64,000 nucleotides of DNA from Eledone cirrhosa (taxonomy: Eukaryota). The stretch spans positions 370,450,001 through 370,514,000 of the forward strand of contig OZ024743.1 of the NCBI GenBank assembly GCA_964016885.1, written 5' to 3'. A program made the position numbers and the translations under genes. Of this stretch, positions 9,901-25,399 are shown piece by piece. The notes beneath the pieces are model-generated. The model was not told where the DNA came from. It worked only from the letters and a program-made list of their open reading frames with translations, and searched no databases. Positions within the stretch are counted from its first letter, which is position 1. Each line of letters begins with the position of its first letter.

Positions 9901-12602
9901 CTTACAATGGAGAACAACCGAGATGAAATCATTCGATACCAGGTCGGCCGATACTTCCCCCCAATCAAACAGTTGGCGGTGCACCTTGAAAACGGTCAAA
10001 GAGTCTACTTCACCGCCTCCACCGCTGCTGAGATAGCAGAGGAACCCAAGGACACCACACTTATGGCATTTTTTAAGTTATGGCGAAACGATCCCTTCGC
10101 CAAGACCCTCTTCTACTCTCAGGTGCCATCATACTACACTTGGAACACAGACCACAGAATTTGGTTAAGAAGAGTGAAAGGACATTAACATCTCCCCTAC
10201 CCTTGGGAGAGTCTACACAATTCATCCTAACCAACAGGAATGCTTTTATCTCCGCCTTCTACTGCATGGGGTGGTAGGACCGACATCTTTCGACGATCTG
10301 AAAACAATCAACGGAGAGCTTTGTACTTCATTCCGCGCAGCCTGCCTTAGACGGGGTCTACTGGAAGATGGCGCTCAGTGGGATGCGACATTGGCGGAGG
10401 AAGCTACAATATGCTCAGCGCGAAATCTTCGGCAACTCTTTGCGGTGCTACTGCAGACATGCGAGTTAAGCGACCCTGCATCCTTATGGGAGAAATACAA
10501 AGAGGACCTTTCCGATGACTACATACACCAGGACAACTGCTACTCCCTCATTCCGACGTACGACTCAGCGACGAATTCTTCAACAAAGCTCTCATTGACA
10601 TCGAGGACAAAATCCTAACTGCCGGCGGAAATGACCTTCCATTCTATGGACTGCCAAAAGTTCAACGAACGGGCTCGGACAAACTTCCGACGAGCATAAT
10701 TCAGAAAACTGCCTACGACATCGACGCCCTCGAACTGTTCATCAACGAAAACGAGCGGAAATTGTTGCAGGACCAGCGGCGAGCGTATGACACAGTTTGT
10801 ACTTCCATTTGTCAACGCACAAGAGGTATCTTCTTTTTGGACGCCCCAGGAGGAACTGGTAAAACATTCGTCACTAAAATCCTCCTCGCCACAGTGTGAC
10901 AGCAAAAAGGAATCGCCCTGGCTGTGGCTTCTTCTGGCATTGCCGCAGCTCTGCTGCCCGGAGGTAGGACAGCTCATTACGCATTTAAACTGCCAATCAA
11001 CGCGACTTCAGACGACACAATAACCTGCAATATCACCAACGACTCTGACAAAGCTGAAGTCTTGAAAAGATGCCAGCTAATTGTGTCGGACGAATGCACA
11101 ATGGCCCATAAATGGTCCCTTGAGGCGTTAGACAGGACCCTACGAGACATCAGGGAATGAAACCAGCCGATGGGAGGAGTACCTCTATTGCTGTCTGGCG
11201 ATTTTCGACAAACACTTCCAGTTGTTCCAAAAGCCACCAGGGCCGACACTGTGGGGGCTTGCATTAAGCCATCTCTCCTGTGACAGGAGGTGACAATTCT
11301 GACCCTCACAACAAACATGAGAGCCCAACTGTTCGGCGACCACTTATCAGCCGACTTCTCGAAGGACCTCATAACAGTTGGTGACGGCACTGCACCTTCA
11401 GATGCAGCTGGAGAAATGGCAGTCTCGCAAGTAGGCACCGTTGTTGACACTGTTGATGACCTCACAGCCTCTGTCTTTCCGATATGGCCATCAACTACAA
11501 AAACACCAGTTGGCTGTGCGATAGAGTCATATTAGCTCCCAAAAATGTCTCTGTTGCAAAAATCAATGAGGACCTTCTGCAACCCATTCCTGGAAACCTC
11601 CATACCTACAAATCTGTGGACACAGTTGTGGACAAAGATGAGGTTGACGATTTTCCCACAGAATTCCTCAATTCCTTGGACCTCTCCGGACTGCCACCTC
11701 ATGAACTGCGCCTCAAAGTTGGGGCTCCAGTGATGCTGTTGGGGAACCTGGAACCACCGCGTCTCTGCAATGGAACACGGTTAGTGGTAAGAAACCTCCT
11801 GCCGCATGTAATTGAAGCCACAATTCTCACGGGCTGCGGCGCTGGAGAAAACGTCTTTATACCCAGAATACCATTAACTCCATCAGGTAAGGAATGCCCC
11901 TGTACTCTGCGCCGACTTCAATTCTCCGTTAAACTTTGCTTCGCGATGTCAATCAACAAGACCCAAGGCCAGACGCTATCAACGGCAGGCCTCCATTTAG
12001 CCCAGCCGTGCTTCTCACACGGTCAATTATACGTCGCATGCGCAAGAGTCGGATGCAAGCAGAACTTATTCATATTTGCACCCAAAGGCAGAACAAAAAA
12101 TGTGGTCTACAGAGAGGTGTTGTGACTCCTCTATTCAGCACCACTGCAGTCTTGCCGGTCTGACATATAGTGAGTAGATGCTATTGTTGTATATTTTCAA
12201 ACTTACCCGTATTTACTTACCCATGCTTATTCCCCCTCTTTCCTCCATATGGCATCCAATCTGTTTTCACAGAGCATGAAGCTTCGGGACAGCACGTCCG
12301 TTGCCGTTGGTGGAAGAGGAAGATTCACCTGCGAACGTTTTACACCCCTTTCCAGGACTTCCTACCAAACTGTTACCATTGTGAGAATGATAACACGGCC
12401 CTTTTCAGGGCCACCTCACATTCAATTGTTACTCCCTTCTGAGAGTGTTGCAAGCCCTTTGCAGGGCTTTCTATCCCGTTGCAAGTCGATTGGTTGGGCG
12501 GGAACTTATATCAATCTTTGCCTCAATAATCATAATTGAGTGGAATCATTAAAAGTACTTTAAAGCAATTAAACCCCGAGCAACGCCGGGAACTTCTGCT
12601 AG
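6914..12602 (+). mobile_element. Full-length, decayed autonomous-type Helitron
   Basis: 5' TC(T)CTATATATAAAA; 3' hairpin CCCGAGCAACGCCGGG then CTAG|T; encloses RepHel remnants. Confidence 0.92.
7590..12125 (+). pseudogene. Helitron RepHel (HUH endonuclease plus PIF1-like SF1 helicase) with many stops and frameshifts
   Basis: HRSYDAFQYPLLFP; ILPSTFIGSP; LFITLTYNPKW; VYTVEGKKRGLP; MVHGPCG; SIKYVCKYINKG; Walker A LDAPGGTGKT at ~10835; DECTM; LCNGTRL; FAMSINKTQGQT; FSHGQLYVA. Confidence 0.93.
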
Positions 12603-12612
12603 TATATATCTA

Positions 12613-12690
<78 letters not shown>

Positions 12691-12714
12691 TATATATATA
12701 TATATATAATTTGT

Positions 12715-16071
<3,357 letters not shown>

Positions 16072-16155
16072 TCTTTTTTCTATTATTTCAAGAGTTAAAT
16101 TAATATATTTCTTCATTGTATTGTGTTGTTTCCTTTGTTATCTGTGTTTACTTTT

Positions 16156-16417
<262 letters not shown>

Positions 16418-16482
16418 TCATGAATACATTTAAAAAAATAAAATAAACATACCATCATTCATGTATTTTCTTTATTTTACAG

Positions 16483-16824
16483 ATTCAAACAGTTATTTAT
16501 ACATATATTCATACAGAGATTATGAAAATGAAATGTATAATGTGAAATCCCCTTATGCATCTGTGGCAGAAAATTCAAGCATCAGCTTCAAATACTATTT
16601 AAGAGATATGAAAAAGATTGCTGTAGTTCTTTCTGAATCTTATTCAAATAATATAACTTGGTCTTCAAATCACTATGGTATCGCAGGATTTATAACTGCT
16701 TGTGTAGATCTTCCACCCTCAACAAGGTTAGCAGTGAACTTTCAAGTAACAGCAAAAGTATATTCATACACAAGAGCATATGCTTACCTTGATGATATTT
16801 TTGTCAGTAATGAAACATGTAAAT
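16483..16824 (+). CDS. Internal exon A of a MAM and LDL-receptor class A domain protein (C-terminal half of a MAM domain)
   Basis: Acceptor ttttacAG, donor GTaaga, phase 1/1. Reads DSNSYLYIYS...VKSP...ISFKYYL...AYLDDIFVSNETCK, matching the MAM pattern (GxYLY, LxSP, FxY, iDDi, terminal C). Confidence 0.88.
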
Positions 16825-17504
16825 GTAAGAATCAATATATATTCATTGTAAATTCAATCTATATACATATATACACTATATCCATTTTTCCATGCTTGCA
16901 TCAATAGGATAGTTTTTGTTGCAGCAATTATATTTATAGAACTAAATCCCCTATTAGATGCTCACCACTTAATTTTGAAATCAACATGGATTCTTCTCTT
17001 AGGCAAATTGAAGAGTTAACAGCTCATATATTTTGAAATACTGTTTTAATAACATAAATGTATTATTTTGAGCAAAGTAGAGTAATGAAAGCTAACACAG
17101 TGTGAAACAACAGGAAAAATGAATTTACTGAATATTTCAGTTTTAATAAGTTCTACTTGTGAAATGAAATCTGTAAAATATAATGTAAAATGTAGACAAT
17201 TTCAAACCTATATTTGATGGGCAGAGTATGGCCTATTTATTAACTGGAAATTGCTGAAACTTTCCAAAAATGTTTGATGAGAGTGGATTCTTTTAAAATA
17301 TGATAGTTTAAGTTATTTATATTAAAGACCTTAACAGAAACTGCAATGCAGGTTATAATTCCTATTGACGGTTTCAATGGAAATTTGATATCAATATAAC
17401 GTTTTTAATTTTTTAATTATTAAAGTAGAAATATAGAATAAATATGTTTATATTTATATTTGACATTCTCATAATTTCATGGTTCTTTGTTTGTATTTAA
17501 ACTA

Positions 17505-17627
17505 AACTATAAGATTATTAGAATAAACTATAAGATTATCAGAATAAACTATAAGATGGTTCAAATAAACTATAAGATGGTTCAAATAAACTATAAGATT
17601 ATTCAAGTAAACTATAAGATGTTTCAA
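17505..17627. repeat. 21-bp tandem repeat AAACTATAAGAT(TA/GG)TT(AG/CA)AAT, about 6 copies
   Basis: Read directly. Confidence 0.85.
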
Positions 17628-17698
17628 GTAATATCTAAAAGTTTACATTTTGTCTCCTTTCTTGTAAAATCACTGATTTTGTTCATGTCTTTCAACAG

Positions 17699-17851
17699 TG
17701 GGCCTTACTTATCATTTCTGCAAATTCAAAGAAATACATCTCTGCAATTACCAAGTTGAATGTTTAGAGAATACTATGTATAACTGGAGCCAAGTAGATG
17801 TTTATAATTATCGTATTCCCCGTCCTCGAAATTACTCATATGAGACTGGAG
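17699..17851 (+). CDS. Exon B, MAM domain N-terminal part
   Basis: Acceptor ttcaacAG, donor GTaagt, phase 1/1. LGLTYHFCKFKEIHLCNYQV...YNWSQ...PRPRNYSYETG resembles CxFE..LCxW...W..P..DHT..G. Confidence 0.85.
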
Positions 17852-18124
17852 GTAAGTTACATACAATAATCATTCATATATTCTGCAATACAACAAGAAG
17901 TATTTTAAGCCCATTTCTCTTGCTGACAAGCTTCATATTTATCTTGGATTTTTTTTGAGACAATGTTTTATGGCTAGATCATTTTCCTGCTGCCAATTCA
18001 TTTAGTTGCTTCTGATGACATTCAGAGATATAATATTCCTATTCTAAACCATGATACGATCATAAATTTTACAATTTTTTCTCTAAATAATTAATGTTAC
18101 AGTTAACAAGCTCATCATTATCAC

Positions 18125-18163
<39 letters not shown>

Positions 18164-19091
18164 TTAACATATATTTTCCCTGATAGCAAGGGTTTTGTGG
18201 GTCATTTCAGACCAAGTTGATCAGTTCCACTCATCTCTCAGATAGGTTGAGGGCTGCAACTTGCTTACATACATTTGTGCTCCTTACAGAGTGCACATGA
18301 TCCATTTTATCATGTAACCAACACTAGAAACGTTGTGCTCTTGGCACAAATAAACAGTTTTGTCAATCCTTTGTATGGCATAGTTTCTATAGCTGGATGT
18401 TTTCCTATGACCAACCACCTTACGGGGTGTACTACCTGCAGTTTTTGTTGCACCAGCTCTAGCGAAGTTGCCAACTCATGACTTAACGTTTCTCTCAACC
18501 CTTGTGGCATGGTTTCTATGGCTGGAAGTACTTCGTAACACCAACCATTTTATAAAGTTTACTGCGTGCTTTTTATCATGGCATTTGCATTAGGGAGGTT
18601 TTTGGTAATTGATCCAACCAAAGAGCTCTGGCTGTCTTATAGAGAGGAGGAATAGAATAGGAGGTTAGAATGGGGTAAAAGAAGGATGTCTTTGGTATTG
18701 CCAACATATGGGACAGAGTGTAATGACAAGTATACTGTCATGGAAGAGTGGCAGGTGTGATGTTCAAAGGAGTGATATGGGCAGAGTGGTGGTAATAAAG
18801 TATTGAATATAGATTCAAAGTAAAAATTTTGAAAAGCGGGAATTTAACTAGAAAATTTTACTTTTATGTAAACAGCATGATATATAACACATCAAATAAT
18901 TGATTTTTGGTGTTGAGTGTATATGTATTTCATAGAAGTGTAAGGCACTCAAATGCTTAAATAGCTGTCAAACACCTGGCTGCTCTAAATGAACAGGAAA
19001 TAGAGAATTAGGTTATCAACACATTATGAATAGAAAAGAAGTCAGAGAAGAAGAGAGAGAGAAAGAGAAGAAAAGATGGTTATATATATAT

Positions 19092-20400
19092 CTTCATCAT
19101 CTTCTTCTTCACTTATTCCTGAGAAGGGTGTGGGGGCAGAGTCCTAAAACACTCCTTCCAGTGGGTCCTGTCAGAAGCAACCATCACCAACTGATCCGAC
19201 TGGATTTCCAATCTCATGGATGTTATCCAAACATCTTGGGGTCTACCCCTAGGTCTCCTGACGGTTGGTTTTGCCCATAAAATCTGTCCAGCGATTCTTT
19301 CCTGAGACATTCTAATTGCATGCCCATAGTATCGGAGATGTGATTTCTCAATTTGAAGATATAATGGATCTACCTGGAGTGATTCTCTGATCTCTGAGCT
19401 ATGCATTCTATTGAGTAACATTACTCTAAAGACCCTTTGGAGGAACCCCATTTTGGCCACTTGTATTTGTCAACATATTCTTTTGGTCTTTACCCACGAT
19501 TCATGACCATAGGTAAAGGTTGGTATCAATACCAAATTGAAGATAGCTAGCTTGGCTTTTATGCCTACATCCCTTGTTCTGATTACTGAATGCTGAAACT
19601 GGCGTATTATTGCCCCAGCTCCCGCAATTCTTTCACTTAATTATGCTTCCTGCCTTCCATCACTTATGAACACAGCCTTGAGATACTTGAACTTCTCTAC
19701 TTGCTTCAGTAGAATTCCATTTACAAGTAGAGTGCGCTGCAGAGGCTTCCTTGAGAGGACAAGTTTCTCAGTTTATACAGCACTCATTTTCATTCGAGCT
19801 ATGGAGTACTCGGCATCAAACCTTGTCAAGAGCAAAACAGAAATCACCTTCTGTTGAGTTAAGTAACACCATGTCGTCTGCAAATTCCAGCTGACCAATT
19901 TTACACTTGCCAGTCATGATAGCACTTCCAACCTGGTTGAGCATATCAATCCTGTTCATGTAAATAATGAACAGGAGAGGTGACAGTACACACTGTGGGC
20001 AGTGTCTGACTCCCATATTGAACAGTTTCATTTTAGCACCATTTATTTGAACACAAATACTTGGCCATTCATATAGAGACATCAGAGCAACCAGAAGCTG
20101 ACCATCGGTCCCATACTCCTACAGTACCTTCCACAGCAGGTCCCGAGGAATGCTGTCGAAATCCTTTTCAAGGTCAAATAAACAAGAATGTACCACTGGC
20201 AATACTCCCATTATTTATTGAATACCTGCCACAGTGTAAATATTTTGTCAGCTATGTTCCACCCAGGGAAAAAACCACACTGTTCATCAGTTAGCTTGGA
20301 CACACTGTATTTTGTTAACACTGTATCTCACTGTATCTTGTTAACACACATTTAGCATAGAATTTACCAGGGAGGCTTAAAATAGCTATATTTACTACAG
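19092..20400 (-). mobile_element. Decayed RTE-clade LINE fragment (RT domain and C-terminus)
   Basis: LSPLLFIIYM...LEFADDMVLL; LRYYGHAIRM...RRPRGRP; (GAA/GAT)n tail at the left end. Confidence 0.82.
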
Positions 20401-20439
20401 ATATGACCTCCATCACATCGGTAGTATAGTATCCCCTAC

Positions 20440-22430
20440 CACATCTGTAGTGTCACCCAACACATCTGTAGTGTCCCCAATACATCTGTACTGTCCCCCA
20501 GTACATCTGTAGTTTCCCCCAATACATCCGTAGTGTCCTCCAATGCATCTGTACTGTCCCCCAATGCATCTGTACTGTTCCCCAATACATCTGTACTGTC
20601 CCCCAGTACATCTGTAGTTTCCCCCAATACATCTGTAGTGTCCCCCAATGCATCTGTAGTGTCCCCAATACATCTGTAGTGTTTCTTACCACATCTGTAG
20701 AGTCCCCCAACACATCAGTAGTGTCACCAAACACATCTGTAGTATCACCAAACACATCTGTAGTGTCACCAAACACATCAGTAGTGTCACCAAACACATT
20801 TGTAGTGTCACCAAACACATCTGTAGTGCCCCAACACATCTGTAATGTCCTCGAAATTCAATTACAGTGTCTTGCCAATACAGATTTAATGTCCCCCCAA
20901 CACATCTGTAGTGTCACCCAATACATCTGTAGTGTCCCCCAATACATCTTTAGTGTCCCTTACCACATCTGTAGTATCCACCAATACATCTGTAATGTAC
21001 TCCCAACACATCTGTAGTGTCCCCCAACACATCAGTAGTGTCACCAAACACATCTGTAGTATCACCAAACACATCTGTAGTGTCACCAAACACATCAGTA
21101 GTGTCACCAAACACATTTGTAGTGTCACCAAACACATCTGTAGTGTCACCAAACACATCAGTAGTGTCACCAAACACATTTGTAGTGTCCCCCAATACAT
21201 CTTTAGTGTCCCTTACCACATCTGTAGTATCCACCAATACATCTGTAATGTACTCCCAACACATCTGTAGTGTCCCCCAACACATCTGTAGTGTACCCCA
21301 ACACATCTGTAGTGTCCACCAATACATCTGTAGTGTCCTTTAACACATCTGTAGTATCCCCCAACACATCTGTAGTATCCCCCAACACATCTGTAGTATC
21401 CCCCAATACATCTGTAGTGTCCCCCAATACATCTTTAGTGTCCCTTACCACATCTGTAGTATCCACCAATACATCTGTAATGTACTCCCAACACATCTGT
21501 AGTGTCCCCCAACACATCTGCAGTGTCCACCAATACATCTGTAGTGTCCTTTAACACATCTGTAGTATCCCCCAACACATCTGTAGTATCCCCCAACACA
21601 TCTGTAGTGTCCCCCAATACATCTGTAGTATCCCCCAACACATCTGTAGTGTCCTCCAACACATCTGTAGTGTACCCCAATACATCTGTAGTGTGGTACA
21701 ATACATCTGTAATGTACCCCAAACACATCTGTAGTGTCCCTACACATTTGTAGTGTCCCCCAATACATCTGTAGTGTCCTCCAACACATCTGTAGTGTCC
21801 CCCAGCACATCTGTAGTGTCCCCCAACACATCTGTAGTATCCCTTACCACATCTGTAGTGTCCCCCAATACATCTGTAGTGTCCTTTAATACATATGTAG
21901 TGTCCCCCAACACATCTGTAGTGTCCCCACCACATCTATAGTGTACCCCAACACATCTGTAGTGTACCCCAACACATCTGTAGTATCCCCCAATACATCT
22001 GTAGTGTCCCTCAATACATCTGTAGTGTCCCCCAACACATCTGTAGTGTCCCTTACCACATCTGTAGTATCCTCCAACACATCTGTAGTGTCCTTCAATA
22101 CATCTGTAGTGTCCCCCAATACATCTATAGTGTCCCGTCCCCCCCCAATACATCTGTAGTGTCCCCCAATACATTTGTAGTATCCCCCAATACATCTGTA
22201 GTGTCCCTCAATACATCTGTAGTGTCCCCCAACACATCTGTAGTATCCCCAACACATCTGTAGTGTCCCCCAATACATCTATAGTGTCCCCCCAATACAT
22301 CTGTAGTGTCCCCCAATACATCTGTAGTATCCCCAATACATCTGTAGTGTCCCTCAATACATCTGTAGTGTCCCCCAACGCATCTGTTGTGTCCCCAACA
22401 CATCTGTAGTATCCTCCAACACATCTGTAG
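20440..22430. repeat. ~2-kb minisatellite, 21-bp unit ACATCTGTAGTGTCCCCCAA(C/T), with higher-order blocks
   Basis: Read directly; occasional 20- and 22-bp units shift the reading frame. Confidence 0.95.
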
Positions 22431-22531
22431 AAAAAAAAACATTCATGATGAGATATTGCTGTTGTTGTTGTTTTGTTTTGTTAATTTTTTTTTTTTGTCT
22501 TTTCTTGATCATTTTCCTTCTTTTCTTTCAG

Positions 22532-22668
22532 GATATGCTATGCTCGCAGATTCTTCATACGGCAAATATGAAGACATGACAGAACTTCAATTTTCAAATG
22601 TTATAGCCTCAGCAGGCGATAGTTTGTTCTTCAATTATTATCTTAGTAAAGATTCTGGCAAACTTCAG
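22532..22668 (+). CDS. Exon C, MAM domain middle
   Basis: Acceptor tctttcAG, donor GTatgg, phase 1/0. GYAMLADSSYGKYEDMTELQF...LFFNYYL...GKLQ. Confidence 0.88.
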
Positions 22669-22700
22669 GTATGGTGAAATAGTGTTACTCTTCTACTTAT

Positions 22701-22810
22701 GGACTGGCATCCTGTCCAGTGGGCCATCTTGTACTCTGAGTTATTTAACGCCATGGAAACCAGGATAAGGACCGGCCTGATGAGCCTCCAAGCATGAGAC
22801 AGACTTTAGA
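22701..22810 (+). mobile_element. 5'-truncated SINE 3' fragment with an 11-bp TSD
   Basis: TSD CTTCTACTTAT at 22690-22700 and 22811-22821. Body GGACTGGCATCCTGTCCAG...GAAACCAGGATAAG..CCGGCCTGATGAGCC resembles a widespread invertebrate SINE 3' domain. Confidence 0.65.
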
Positions 22811-23793
22811 CTTCTACTTATAAACATTGAATGTACCTTCAATGGTTTCAATACAGTTGTACAATTAATGGAACAGCCTGTTCATGTGTAGAGGACTGAG
22901 CATTCTGCTGTCCTGACTGAGCATTCTGCTGTCCTGACTGAGCATTCCCCTTTAGTTATCAGTGAGATAGTATGTGCTCCTTTGAATTACAGGTACTGGC
23001 CATCTGACAGGCTTTCAAACAATTCTTGTCAATCTAATTTCACTTACAAAGCAAGGGTCAACACTTACCCAAAATGCTACACAGCGGGGTCAAACCCAGA
23101 ATGTAAATTTGGCAAAGTAAACTTCTTACCCATTTGCTCATCTACTATTATAAATATATTCATAAATAAACAGATTTGTAAGGGTGTAGATGGATGATGA
23201 AGCACAACAGCTAGACACTAAATTAACAGTGTTAGTGCTATCACTGGCAATATCATATATCTCTGATGAAGATTAAATTTTGGTCATAACAGAATTTTGA
23301 ATTTAATACCAAGCTGACACATTTATATATCAGCAGCATCACTGCATTAATTATTTATCAACATCCTCTTATAATTTAGAAGAAAATATCTAAAAAAATA
23401 TACAGAATTGTTAATTCAAATGGTTGTAGTATCATTATTGGAGGTCTGATCATTGTGAAAATGTGCAGTATTAGTATAATGACACATTAGTGTGAAACAG
23501 TTCTAGTGTTTTGTACTTTCCAAGAATGTCTTGCTAATGTAATCACAGGACATTAAGAGTTAAATATCTTGCTAATGTAGTAACATGTGGTACAGAAAAT
23601 TGCACATTAAATTTCTTGCTAATGTAGTAACATGTGGTACAGAACATTAAAAGTTAAATATCTTGCTAATGTAATCACATGTGGTACAGGACATTAATAG
23701 TTAAATCTTCTGCAAAAACTCAACTGACAGGACATATATACATGACCATTGTATTTTATATATGTAGATTATGATGGAATAATATATTTTCAG

Positions 23794-23992
23794 CTTCATC
23801 TTAAAAATTGGAAAGGAAAAGAACTTATATTTGAAGAATTTAGTCCCCTTGTGCAAAGTATGTGGCAAACAGTTTGTCTTACTGTAGAAAGTAATATAGA
23901 TACTGACTTTGTGTTTACTGCCAAAAGAGGTAATGAAGCTTCTCAATATATTGGGCTGATGGATGTTGGTTTCAAACAAAAAGACTGTCAGG
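23794..23992 (+). CDS. Exon D, MAM domain C-terminus
   Basis: Acceptor ttttcAG, donor GTaaga, phase 0/1, in frame with exon C. LHLKNWKG...WQTVCL...FVFTAKRG...IGLMDVGFKQKDCQ. Confidence 0.88.
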
Positions 23993-24049
23993 GTAAGATT
24001 ATATTTATAAATCTCCTTCCCTCTCTCTCTCTAAACATGTATATATATC

Positions 24050-25210
24050 ACATCATCATCATCATCATCATCATCATCCTTTTTACGTCCACTTTTCCAT
24101 GCTTGCATGGGTTGGATAAGTCCTTCTTAGCACAGCATCTCCACTTGTTATGTTCCTTCATCATCTCCTCTGCCAGTCTTATAGATTTGAGGTCTGCTAT
24201 CACAACTTCTGCCCATGTCATTCTTGGTCGTCCTCTATTGCAGCTTCCTTCCACTGTATTTCCAGGCATTTCTTTACCCATCAGTCATTGTCTATGCACA
24301 TCACATATCCATACCAACACAGTCTTCTTCCCTGCACACCATCTTGGATTCCCCTTAAACCCAGCTTCTCTCTCAGCTTGTCCAAGCTCTGCCTTTCTCT
24401 CACATTTACATTGCATATCCAACAAAACATGGTTGCTTCATTTCTCTTGCTTCTACATATGTCCTCTGCAGTTACAACCCATATTTCACTATCATGCAGC
24501 TTCATGCACTGCACAAAGGCATCATACAGACTTCCATTTGTACATAGAGAGAAACCTTTTGTTGTCAGCAGTGAGAAAATTTCTCTAAACTTCTTCTATC
24601 CTGTCCTAATTCTACCCTAACCCTAACACCTTTCTTTGCTGCTAATTAGGTCACCTAGATAACAAAAGCTATCAACCAAGTCTATGGATCTTTCCTGTGA
24701 CTGGAAAAGGTTTAAACCGTTAGCAGTCTTCCTCTCAATTTCTTCTGTGCATGTTCTACAAGTAAAGTTTTCGTTTCCTGTTAATCATCATCATCATTTT
24801 ATGCTCTATTCAGCACAGCATCTCTCCATTCATCATGGTCCTTCATCATCTCCTCTGTGAGCTTCAGTGATCCGAGGTCAGCTCTCACCACCCCTGCTCA
24901 TGATTTTTGTAGTCTTCCTCTACTGCGTCTTCCTTCTACTGGGATTTCTTGGCACTTCTTTACCCAGCAGTCATCCTCCATGTGCATCACATGTCCATAC
25001 CAACGCCATCTTCTCTCCTGTACACTACAGCTTATCCCTTTTATACACAGCTTCTCTCTCAACTCATCTATGCTTGATCGTTTACACACATTGCACATCC
25101 AACGGAGCATGCTTGCTTCATTTCTCTCCAACGATCGCATATACTCCGCAGTTGCTGCTCATATCTCACTACCATGCAGCATTGCGCATCTCACACAAGC
25201 ATCATATTCA
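24050..25210 (-). mobile_element. Two tandem RTE-clade 3' fragments
   Basis: RNEATMFCWIC..LCWYGYVM..GRPRMTW and LERNEASMLRWMC..RWYGHVM; (CAT)n tails at ~24052 and ~24784. Confidence 0.82.
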
Positions 25211-25215
25211 GCTGG

Positions 25216-25264
25216 GCTTCCTGATGATTTCTCCCGAATGAAACAGTTCAAGTCCTGTAGAAGC
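25216..25264 (+). ncRNA. Type I hammerhead ribozyme with canonical core
   Basis: GCTTC-CTGATGA-tTTC tccc GAAt-GAAA-CAG ttcaagtc CTG-TA-GAAGC. Confidence 0.72.
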
Positions 25265-25328
25265 TATTTCTATATTAACCATATATATAAATATATATAT
25301 ATACATACACACATATATATATATATAT

Positions 25329-25380
<52 letters not shown>

Positions 25381-25399
25381 TCATCATCATCATCATACG

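Noticed and set aside
20413-22442. Many overlapping repetitive ORFs (GDTTDVL, SPNTSVV, HYRCIGG)
   Set aside because: By-products of a 21-bp minisatellite with frame-breaking units and no splice support.
22756-22800. GAAAC...CTGATGAG read as a type III hammerhead
   Set aside because: No NUH site with matching stems can be built; it is better explained as a SINE 3' domain bounded by a TSD.
23263-23295. CTGATGA-stem-ATAAC hammerhead-like motif
   Set aside because: GAAA is absent and the stems are poor.
23993-24588. 279-aa ORF 23749-24588 as a single CDS
   Set aside because: Only 23794-23992 is MAM-like and splice-bounded; the rest is intron and antisense RTE.
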